From assembly GCA_012518435.1 (NCBI GenBank), contig JAAYSG010000024.1, forward strand, positions 1 through 53,647: DNA of 53,647 nucleotides, read 5' to 3'. Source of the DNA: Bacillota bacterium (lineage in GTDB: Bacteria > Bacillota > DTU030). The stretch's first letter is position 1, and every line of letters starts with the position of its first letter. Of the stretch, positions 8,903 through 16,834 are shown in pieces. The notes under the pieces are model-generated. The model worked only from the letters and a program-made list of their open reading frames with translations. It was not told the origin of the DNA and did no database searches. The position numbers and the translations under genes were made by a program.

Positions 8903-10427
8903 TGATTCTGTTTCCCTCATGCTTTTGTCCAGCAAGATAGGAAAGATGGCCGGGGTGAAGGAAGCCGCTGTTATGATGGCTACCGCCCACAACATAGAAA
9001 TAATGGAGCGTTCCGGTTTGTTACTTCCCGACTCTAAGGGGGCTAGCCCCAATGATATGCTCATTGCTGTTTTGGCGGAGGATGAAGAAAGTAGTGCGGC
9101 AGCCCTGGAGGCGGTGGATGAATATTTCGCTGGTGGTGGCCAAGGGGTACAGGCCGGGGATGAATTGGTGGCCAAAAGCCAGACCACTGCCTTGGGTATG
9201 CTCCCGGGGGCCAATTTATCTTTAATATCAGTCCCGGGGCCCTATGCAGCCGCCGAAGCAAAAAAAGCTCTAAATAACAAGCTGCATGTTTTCCTCTTTA
9301 GCGATAATGTAACCCTCCAGGAAGAGAAGGAGCTTAAGGATATCGCCGCGGCAAAAGGCTTGCTAATGATGGGCCCCGATTGTGGTACGGCAATTATAAA
9401 TGGTGTGGGTTTGGGTTTTGCCAACGCTGTCCCCAAGGGCCCCATAGGTTTGGTGGCGGCGGCGGGTACTGGCCTCCAGGAGGTTGCTTGTCTTATTACT
9501 GAACTAGGTGGTGGTATTTCCCAAGCCTTAGGTACAGGGGGTAGGGATATTAAAAATGCCATCGGTGGTACCACCATGCTCATGGGGCTAGCGGCCCTGG
9601 CAAGGGATCCGGCTACCAAGGTCATCGTCCTTGTTGCGAAACCACCGGAGGAAAATGTTCTGGGCAAATTAAATGTGGCCCTGCAATCCGTTAACAAACC
9701 CGTTGTCACCTGCTTTTTGGGGGCTAAGGGGGAGCTTGCCGGGGAAGGGGTCTATCCGGTGGGAAACTTGCAAGAGGCGGCCCTTAAGGCCGTTGAATTA
9801 TCAGCCCTAGGGGCAGATTCTGGTGCGGATTTTATTATATCCGCGTCCAATGTGAAGGAAATCGCTGCCGCGGAAGCAACCTGTCTTAGAACACCCCAAA
9901 GATATTTGCGGGGACTTTACTCGGGTGGAACCTTATGTTATGAGGCTCTTTTGTTGGTTAAACCCCACATCGGCAATGCCTATTCCAATGTTTCCCTAGA
10001 ACCCCACTTCCTTCTGGCTAGCCCAGATGAAAGTAAGGAGCACACCCTTCTTGATATGGGTGATGACTACTTTACCGCCGGCCGCCCTCACCCCATGATC
10101 GATCCCAGTTTAAGGGTGGAGCGGATTCGTAGGGAGGCTGCTGACCCGGAGACGGCGGTCATATTATTGGATCTGGTCCTGGGCCATGGCAGCCATAGGG
10201 ATCCCGCGGGAGCCTTGCTTCCTGCCATCCGGGAAGGCAAAAGAGAAGCCACGGCTGCTGGGCGCCATTTAAGTGTCGTGGCCTCGGTCTGTGGCACATC
10301 TTCCGATCCCCAGGGCCTGGTGGAACAGGAAGAAAAGTTGCGTACGGCTGGGGTAATTGTAATGCCCAGCAACGCCCAGGCTGTGGCAATGGCGGCGGCC
10401 ATTTTAACCAGTCATAACAAAATCTAG
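8865..10427 (+). CDS. fdrA: FdrA-family protein (succinyl-CoA-synthetase-alpha-like; AllF-like)
   Basis: The N-terminus MIIRNVVRKNFYNDSVSLMLLS parallels E. coli FdrA (MIHAFIKKGCFQDSVSLM...), and a GPDCGTAIINGVGLGFAN CoA-ligase-type motif is present. ATG at 8865 follows GGGGAGG and overlaps the DUF2877 gene by 38 nt. Confidence 0.85.
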   Translation: MIIRNVVRKNFYNDSVSLMLLSSKIGKMAGVKEAAVMMATAHNIEIMERSGLLLPDSKGASPNDMLIAVLAEDEESSAAALEAVDEYFAGGGQGVQAGDELVAKSQTTALGMLPGANLSLISVPGPYAAAEAKKALNNKLHVFLFSDNVTLQEEKELKDIAAAKGLLMMGPDCGTAIINGVGLGFANAVPKGPIGLVAAAGTGLQEVACLITELGGGISQALGTGGRDIKNAIGGTTMLMGLAALARDPATKVIVLVAKPPEENVLGKLNVALQSVNKPVVTCFLGAKGELAGEGVYPVGNLQEAALKAVELSALGADSGADFIISASNVKEIAAAEATCLRTPQRYLRGLYSGGTLCYEALLLVKPHIGNAYSNVSLEPHFLLASPDESKEHTLLDMGDDYFTAGRPHPMIDPSLRVERIRREAADPETAVILLDLVLGHGSHRDPAGALLPAIREGKREATAAGRHLSVVASVCGTSSDPQGLVEQEEKLRTAGVIVMPSNAQAVAMAAAILTSHNKI

Positions 10428-10442
10428 TGGGGGGTTGAAGGT

Positions 10443-10616
10443 ATGTCTTCACCTAATGAATTGTTTACCCAGCCCTTGGCAGTCATTAACATAGGCTTGC
10501 AAATTTTCGCCGAGGCCCTGCAAGTGCAGGGGGTGTCTTGCGTGCATGTGGACTGGCGCCCCCCCGCCGGTGGGGATGCCGATCTCATGGCCATCTTGGC
10601 CAGGTTGAATAGTTAA
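10443..10616 (+). CDS. Unannotated 57-aa ORF within the fdrA-DUF1116 operon
   Basis: It is below the ORF-track cutoff. The sequence is MSSPNELFTQPLAVINIGLQIFAEALQVQGVSCVHVDWRPPAGGDADLMAILARLNS. It starts 15 nt after the fdrA stop and ends 24 nt before the next start, with a G-rich SD 8 nt upstream. Confidence 0.5.
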   Translation: MSSPNELFTQPLAVINIGLQIFAEALQVQGVSCVHVDWRPPAGGDADLMAILARLNS

Positions 10617-10640
10617 ATAGGGGTAAGGAAGGTGTTGGAG

Positions 10641-11885
10641 ATGAAAAATATAATTGATAAGGCTAATCAGGAGGCTTATGAACGCATTGACAGTGCCCAG
10701 GTTTTCCTGACCGACATTAAATATGCCCGGGAAGTATTACCGACTTTAACCGAATATGTAATAGGACATGCCGGGCCCCCCATTGCCTGGCCCGATATGT
10801 GTGGGCCCATGCAGGGGGCAGTAATTGGGGCCATTAAGTACGAGGGCTGGGCTGATGGCGATGATGAAGCCATGTCTCTAATAGAATCGGGGCGGATCAG
10901 ATTTGTTTCCAACCACAGCATGGGTGCTGTGGGGCCCATGACAGGTATGATAACCATGTCTATGCCCTTGTATGAGGTTCTTAATGAAACATTTGGCAAC
11001 CGGGCCTATTGCACCTTTAATGAAGGTTTAGGGCGGGTAATGCGTTTTGGAGCCAATGATGGGGAAGTGGTGGCCCGTCTTCAGTGGCTGGAAAAGACCT
11101 TGGCCCCGGGGTTAAAGAAGGCCCTAATGCTTTCTGGCCCCATCAATCTCAAGGTTATAATTACCCAGGCCTTGGCCATGGGGGATGAAATGCACCAACG
11201 TAATATTGCCGCTTCCTTGTTGTTTGGCCGAGCCATTATGCCCTATTTAACGCAGGTGGACATGGGTTCAGAAGGGGCAAAAATTGTTCAGTTTATACTG
11301 GGTAATGAACAATTTTTCCTCAACCTGGCCATGGCGGCGGCCAAGGCAACTATGGATCCGGCCCATGGGATTAAAAATTCAACCCTGGTGACGGCCATGA
11401 GCCGCAATGGTACACAGTTTGGAATAAGGGTAAGCGGATTGGGTGATACCTGGTTTGAGGCCAAGCCGGAAATGCCCCAGGGGCTTTATTTCCCCGGGTT
11501 TGGTCCAGAGGATGCCAACCCGGATATGGGGGATAGTGCCATTTTGGAATGTATGGGTATCGGGGGTTTTGCCATGGGTTCGGCCCCGGCTGTGGTCCGT
11601 TTTCTGGGGGCTGGCACTGTGCAGGATGCCTTGGGCTATACACAGGAAATGGGGGAAATAACCGTTGGTAAAAGCAACAGTATTTTAATGCCGGCCTTAA
11701 ATTTTACCGGGGTACCCATGGGAATTGATATAAGAAAAGTGGTGGAGACGGGGATACAACCGGTTATTAATACTGGTATAGCCCATAAAAGAGCGGGACT
11801 GGGCCAGGTGGGTGCTGGAATTGTTAAGGCACCTCTAGATTGCTTTATAAAGAGTCTAGTTGCCTTCAACAAAACATTGAATTGA
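10641..11885 (+). CDS. DUF1116 protein (YlbE/AllG-like), paralog 1
   Basis: HAGPPIAWPDMCGPMQGAVIGA...GAVGPMTGMIT...NRAYCTFNEGLGRVMRFGA aligns with my recollection of E. coli YlbE. ATG at 10641 lies 7 nt after GGAAGGTG; the GTG at 10632 is an alternative. Confidence 0.85.
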   Translation: MKNIIDKANQEAYERIDSAQVFLTDIKYAREVLPTLTEYVIGHAGPPIAWPDMCGPMQGAVIGAIKYEGWADGDDEAMSLIESGRIRFVSNHSMGAVGPMTGMITMSMPLYEVLNETFGNRAYCTFNEGLGRVMRFGANDGEVVARLQWLEKTLAPGLKKALMLSGPINLKVIITQALAMGDEMHQRNIAASLLFGRAIMPYLTQVDMGSEGAKIVQFILGNEQFFLNLAMAAAKATMDPAHGIKNSTLVTAMSRNGTQFGIRVSGLGDTWFEAKPEMPQGLYFPGFGPEDANPDMGDSAILECMGIGGFAMGSAPAVVRFLGAGTVQDALGYTQEMGEITVGKSNSILMPALNFTGVPMGIDIRKVVETGIQPVINTGIAHKRAGLGQVGAGIVKAPLDCFIKSLVAFNKTLN

Positions 11886-11899
11886 GGGGGTGAAGGACC

Positions 11900-13153
11900 A
11901 TGAAGGCAAAGATTGCCGCAGCCAATGCCACTGCCCTAAAGAGGATGTTGGATTCGGATATTGCTTGGGTTGATGTTCAATCGGCCCATGAGGTAATACC
12001 GGGAATGGACAAGTACACCCTTTATCATGCGGGTCCCCCAATCACCTTCCGGGAAATGTGCCAACCCATGCAGGGGGCAATAATAGGTGCTTTAAAGTAT
12101 GAAGGGTTGGTGACAACCGCCAAGGAGGGGAGGGAACTGGCTGCTTCGGGGAAAATAAGGTTTTCCCCTTGCCATCATGTAAATGCCGTTGGCCCCATGA
12201 CCGGTATTATTTCCTACAGTATGCCCCTCTTGATCATTGAAAACCGAACCTTTGGAAATTTTGCCTACAGCACCATCAATGAAGGTGGTGGTGATGTACT
12301 GCGCTTTGGGGCCTTTTCTGACAAGGCTGTCCGAAGACTAAAGTGGATGGAGGAAGTACTATCGCCGGCCCTAAAGGCCGTTGTCCGGGAGTTGGGGGGC
12401 CTCAACCTCAAGGTTCTTATGGCCCAGGCCCTACAGATGGGCGATGAACTCCATATGCGCAACCAGGCGGCCTCAACCCTTTTTTTAAAAATTCTTTTGC
12501 CCCCCTTGGTTAAGGTTGGGGGTGCCAGGGCCCAACTGGAGGAAATAATCGCCTTTTTAACCACTGACAATGAACAGTTCTTTCTTAATTTCGCCATGGC
12601 CGCCCACAAGGCCATGGCAGATTCTGCCCACGGTGTAGATTATTCTACCTTGGTTACTGCCATAGCCAGAAATGGTGTCGATGTGGGTATCAGGGTAAGT
12701 GGTCTGGGAGACCAGTGGTTTACCGATGCGGCACCACCGGTGAAAGGGCTATATTTTTCCGGCTTTTCCCCCAAGGATGCCAATCCGGACTTGGGTGATA
12801 GTGCCATTATGGAAACCTGTGGTCTAGGGGGGTTTGCCATGGCTGCTGCCCCAGCCATAGTGCGATTTTTGGGGGCGGGAACTTATAGAGATGCCCTTGG
12901 GTATACCCAGGATATGTACGAAATAACCCTTGGTGAAAACGGGCATTATACCATGCCTACCCTGGATTTTCGTGGTACCCCCTTGGGGATAGATATTCGC
13001 AAGGTAGTGGAGACGGGTATTACCCCCGCAATAAATACCGCCATTGCCAGTAGGGAGGCGGGGGTCGGCATGATCGGAGCTGGGGTCGCCAAGGCACCAC
13101 TGTCCATGTTTGTCAAAGCCCTGGTGGCCATGGCTGACAAGTTGGGATTATAG
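11900..13153 (+). CDS. DUF1116 protein (YlbE/AllG-like), paralog 2
   Basis: The track ORF has the same length as that of paralog 1 and is roughly half identical by eye. It retains SPCHHVNAVGPM, as in E. coli YlbE (IPCHHVNAVGPM). GAGGGGGTGAAGG SD. Confidence 0.85.
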   Translation: MKAKIAAANATALKRMLDSDIAWVDVQSAHEVIPGMDKYTLYHAGPPITFREMCQPMQGAIIGALKYEGLVTTAKEGRELAASGKIRFSPCHHVNAVGPMTGIISYSMPLLIIENRTFGNFAYSTINEGGGDVLRFGAFSDKAVRRLKWMEEVLSPALKAVVRELGGLNLKVLMAQALQMGDELHMRNQAASTLFLKILLPPLVKVGGARAQLEEIIAFLTTDNEQFFLNFAMAAHKAMADSAHGVDYSTLVTAIARNGVDVGIRVSGLGDQWFTDAAPPVKGLYFSGFSPKDANPDLGDSAIMETCGLGGFAMAAAPAIVRFLGAGTYRDALGYTQDMYEITLGENGHYTMPTLDFRGTPLGIDIRKVVETGITPAINTAIASREAGVGMIGAGVAKAPLSMFVKALVAMADKLGL

Positions 13154-13194
13154 GTGCCGGGAAAAACAAAGAAAAAAAGGAGGTTTTCCTTGCT

Positions 13195-14292
13195 ATGATG
13201 GATGTAGGTGTTTACCGCCTTCCCATGGCGGGTCCGGATGATGTATCTGAATTGGCTGCCCTCATCGAGGCTGGGGAAGTGAACCCCCATGAGATATGTG
13301 CAATTATTGCCCAAACTGAAGGGGATGGCTATGCTAGGGGATATAGTGCCCTATCCTTTCAATTGTTGTTGGCGGAAAAACTGGCGATGACCAGGGAGGA
13401 AGTATGGGATCGGATCCCCATGTTGATGATTGGCCTTACGGGGGGACTAATGAGCCCCCACTATACCGTGTTTACCCGGAGGGAAATTGATGCTCCGGCG
13501 GCCGCCGAAAAGCGTCTTTCCATTGGCATCAAGGACACCCGTGTTCTTTTGCCGGAAGAATATGGGACTGTGGTCCAGGTTAAGGAGGTGGCCAAGGCGG
13601 TGCGGGCAGCAATGGCCGAGGCCGGGATTAGTTCGCCGGCGGATGTGCACTGTGTGGAGGTAAAATGCCCCAATCTGACGGCCAAGAGGATTGCGGATGC
13701 GGAAGGCCGGGGCCAGAAGGTAGTGAGTACCAACTTGGCTGAAGCTGGGTCCAAGTCCAAGGGGGCATCTGCCCTGGGTGTAGCCCTGGCCCTGGGTGAG
13801 ATAAGGGAAGGGGATCTAAGCAATGAGGCCATCTGCAATAACTGGGGCCTGTATTCCAAGGTAGCGTCTACTTCTGCAGGCAATGAACAGGTTGCCTGTC
13901 GTGTCGTACTTTTGGGTAATTCCCTTAGGGCGGTGAGCAAATTCAAAATCGGCAGTGGTATTATGCAAGACACCTTGGATATTGCCGGGGCCAAGGATGC
14001 CTTCCGGGCCGCCGGGATAAATATTGCGGCTGGGATTTCCCCTAAGGATAGGGAACGCATAGCCACGGTATTTATCAATGCCGGGGCCGATGCCACTGGC
14101 TACATTCGGGGGCGTCGTACCACCATGAAAAGTGATTTTCTAGCCGCCTATGCCGGTATCTTTGCCAAGGCTGTTATCAACGCCATTGTGGGCTCACTTA
14201 TTGGTGATACCATGATTCTGGCATCGGCTGGTTTTGAACACCAGGGGCCGCTGGGGGCAAATTTAATAGCCGCCATTGCAAAGGTGGACTAG
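13195..14292 (+). CDS. Ring-opening amidohydrolase family protein (cyanuric acid hydrolase AtzD/TrzD / barbiturase family)
   Basis: Collinear with AtzD as I remember it: V(Y/F)R(L/I)P...TEG(D/N)G...SPH(Y/H)TVF...VKCP...GASALGVALALGE...FEHQGP. AGGAGG SD. Confidence 0.8.
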   Translation: MMDVGVYRLPMAGPDDVSELAALIEAGEVNPHEICAIIAQTEGDGYARGYSALSFQLLLAEKLAMTREEVWDRIPMLMIGLTGGLMSPHYTVFTRREIDAPAAAEKRLSIGIKDTRVLLPEEYGTVVQVKEVAKAVRAAMAEAGISSPADVHCVEVKCPNLTAKRIADAEGRGQKVVSTNLAEAGSKSKGASALGVALALGEIREGDLSNEAICNNWGLYSKVASTSAGNEQVACRVVLLGNSLRAVSKFKIGSGIMQDTLDIAGAKDAFRAAGINIAAGISPKDRERIATVFINAGADATGYIRGRRTTMKSDFLAAYAGIFAKAVINAIVGSLIGDTMILASAGFEHQGPLGANLIAAIAKVD

Positions 14293-14296
14293 GAAG

Positions 14297-15478
14297 ATGT
14301 TGGATATATTACTTAAAGGGGTTAATATAAAGGGAAATATATTGGATGTGGGTATTGCCCAGGGGGAATTTGTCCTTCTTGAGCCCCACATTGGGGTTTC
14401 GGCCCAAAGGGAGTTGGACTGTCGGGGGTGGCTGGCAGTACCTGGCCTGGTCGATTGTCATTTGCATTTGGATAAAAGCCTCCTCATGGAGAGGGCCCAT
14501 TATGTGGATGTCAGTGGGCCAGAGAAGGGGGCCCTCACCCGGGCCGAAAAAGCCACCTTTACAGAGGCCGATATAAGGGCCCGGGCTGAAAAGGTAATAA
14601 AGGCGGGTTTTGCCGCCGGCAATCTGCTTATTCGCACCAGTGTGGATGTGGATCCCTTGGTTGGTACCACCGGGGTGAAGGCGCTTTTGGCCCTGAAGGA
14701 AAAATATGCTGGCCTGGTGAATATTCAGGTGGCGGCCTTTGCCCAGGAGGGATTTGAAAAATATCCTGCCAGCGTAGACCTCCTCCGACAGGCTCTGGAT
14801 ATGGGGGCAGATCTGGTCGGTGGTCATACCATAGTTGATACCGATGGCCGCCGCCATATTGATACTATTTTAAATTTAGCTCGGGAATATGGGGTGGAAG
14901 CAGAATTCCATTTGGATGAATCGGGGAAGAGGGAACATTATTTACTGCCTTATGTTACCCAAAGGATGAAGGAAATGGGCCTCAAAGGGCGTGTTACGGG
15001 AATACATTGCTGTACCCTAAGTGCCCTTACCCCTGAGGAGAGAAAAGAAGCGCTGGATTTTATGGTGAAAGGCTCCCTAAAGGTTATAAGTGCACCAACG
15101 GCCATTTCAACTCGAAATATTGCGCCTGTAAAGGAATTGTTGGCGGCAGGTCTCTTGGTGGGCATTGGATCTGACAATGTCGCTGACTTTTTTAACCCCA
15201 TTGGTAGTGGAGATATTAAGCAGGCTGCGCTACTTTTGGCCTATGTGCAGCGTTTCTTTACTTTTGAATTGGTTGGTCAGCTATGGGACATGCTCACATA
15301 CCGGGGGGCAGCCCTGCTGGGATATTCGGGGTATGACATTGCCCTTGGGCAAAGGGCTGATATTACGTTGTTTGAAGCCTTAAATCCACGGGATGTTTTG
15401 GCAAGGCAGGCTTCACCCGCGCTGATAATACGGGGAGGCCAGATCCACTATAGAAAAAATGGAGACCAATGGTGGTGA
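14297..15478 (+). CDS. Amidohydrolase, AtzC / cytosine-deaminase (CodA)-like
   Basis: The motifs GLVDCHLHLDKS (HxH metal motif), IQVAAFAQEGF, DLVGG, GRVTGIHC and GSDN are collinear with AtzC/CodA. ATG at 14297 (MLDILLKG) follows AAGGTGGA. The track start at 14276 overlaps the previous gene. Confidence 0.8.
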   Translation: MLDILLKGVNIKGNILDVGIAQGEFVLLEPHIGVSAQRELDCRGWLAVPGLVDCHLHLDKSLLMERAHYVDVSGPEKGALTRAEKATFTEADIRARAEKVIKAGFAAGNLLIRTSVDVDPLVGTTGVKALLALKEKYAGLVNIQVAAFAQEGFEKYPASVDLLRQALDMGADLVGGHTIVDTDGRRHIDTILNLAREYGVEAEFHLDESGKREHYLLPYVTQRMKEMGLKGRVTGIHCCTLSALTPEERKEALDFMVKGSLKVISAPTAISTRNIAPVKELLAAGLLVGIGSDNVADFFNPIGSGDIKQAALLLAYVQRFFTFELVGQLWDMLTYRGAALLGYSGYDIALGQRADITLFEALNPRDVLARQASPALIIRGGQIHYRKNGDQWW

Positions 15479-15507
15479 AGGTCTGGCAAATTGCGGTAGG
15501 AAATAAT

Positions 15508-15539
15508 GGCTGTTGATGTCCGTCAACAGCCTGTTTTTA
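15508..15539 (+). terminator. Rho-independent terminator after the amidohydrolase operon
   Basis: A perfect 9-bp stem (GGCTGTTGA / TCAACAGCC) is followed by TGTTTTTA. Confidence 0.65.
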
Positions 15540-15579
15540 TGATATACTGGAAAAGATTCCACTGGAAAGGAGGCTGACC

Positions 15580-16797
15580 ATGGGTATGGCAACCCATAAT
15601 ACACGACGACAGTCAAAGGAAAGAGGAGTTATGTCAATAGCGGCCCTCCTATCTTTGGGTGCCCTTTTTATGTACGCGGATCGAACAGTTTTGTACCCTA
15701 TGCTGGAGGTGATCGCCGCCGAGTTTAATTTGAGTGGCACGGCCACGGGGTTCATTACCAGCACTTATTTTCTCCTTTATGTTATCGTGCAGGTTCCAGC
15801 CGGACTCTTGGGCGATACCCTTGGCTTAAAAAAGGTTTTACTGGTCTTTTATTTCCTGGGTGGGGGGGCTCTATTTCTTTTGGGTCTTCTTGCCCAGAAC
15901 TATTTATTTCTTATTGTGTTGGTAGGCTTACATGGTATAGGCATGGGGGCCTATTACCCTACTTCTTATGGCATAAACATTGGTACAGTACCTAAGGAGC
16001 AGCGGGGATTGGCTTCGGCCGTTATAAATTCGGGAATGTCCATCGGGACTGCCTTGGGACTAGTCTTGGCAGGGCCCATATATCTTAAAACCGGGAATTG
16101 GCGGTGGCCCTTCCTCCTTTTGGCCCTGCCAACCATGCTCATTCCCCTTTTGTTCCAGCGCTACTTACCGGACCGGCAGGAGGCTAGCCCCAAGGCGGGG
16201 GGCGGAGACCAGACGGTGGATTTAAAGAGGATATTGAGGGATAAGGATCTTTGGGCCCTAAACCTATCGGCTTTTTGTGCAGGGTATGGTTTTTGGGTTG
16301 CCCTTACTTGGGGGCCAAGTTTTTTTGCCACTGAACGCTCCCTGGGTCTAACCAAGGCAGGCATATTTACGGCCATACCAGCTTTGGCGGCTATCCCAGC
16401 AGCTCTATTTGTTGGCCGCCTTTCCGATAGGGTAGGGCGGCGCCGGCTAGCCCTTATCCTTTATCCACTCCAGGCCATTACAATTTTTGCCTTGGCCTAT
16501 GTAACTTCTGTGCCTGTCTTGATAGCCACGTTAATTTTGTATGGTGTTATCGGGCGTACTGTTTCCGATACGGTTATAATATCTTGGTTCGGTGATCATG
16601 TGGCGGAAAAAAGCCCGGCTGCCCTGGGGGCTGCCGTGGGAGTGTTCAACCTGGTGGGTATGTCAGCTGCGGTAATTGCCCCTTTGATCAGCGGAATGGT
16701 TAAGGATATGACCGGAAGCCTGGCCGGTGCCTTTTATTTGGGTGCTTTAATTGTCCTGGCGGGGATGATCTGTACTTGGATCACTTCGGAGACTTAA
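15580..16797 (+). CDS. MFS transporter
   Basis: About 12 predicted hydrophobic helices, a typical MFS loop (GRLSDRVGRRR) and a GGAAAGGAGG SD. Confidence 0.85.
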   Translation: MGMATHNTRRQSKERGVMSIAALLSLGALFMYADRTVLYPMLEVIAAEFNLSGTATGFITSTYFLLYVIVQVPAGLLGDTLGLKKVLLVFYFLGGGALFLLGLLAQNYLFLIVLVGLHGIGMGAYYPTSYGINIGTVPKEQRGLASAVINSGMSIGTALGLVLAGPIYLKTGNWRWPFLLLALPTMLIPLLFQRYLPDRQEASPKAGGGDQTVDLKRILRDKDLWALNLSAFCAGYGFWVALTWGPSFFATERSLGLTKAGIFTAIPALAAIPAALFVGRLSDRVGRRRLALILYPLQAITIFALAYVTSVPVLIATLILYGVIGRTVSDTVIISWFGDHVAEKSPAALGAAVGVFNLVGMSAAVIAPLISGMVKDMTGSLAGAFYLGALIVLAGMICTWITSET

Positions 16798-16834
16798 AAC
16801 CATATTTCTTTTCCTTGGGATGGAGGGACAAATT

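Noticed and set aside
13461-14096. A 211-aa minus-strand ORF inside the ring-opening amidohydrolase gene.
   Set aside because: It is antisense to a gene with end-to-end family collinearity. Its Ala/Leu/Arg/Ser-rich composition is typical of a shadow ORF, and there is no SD.
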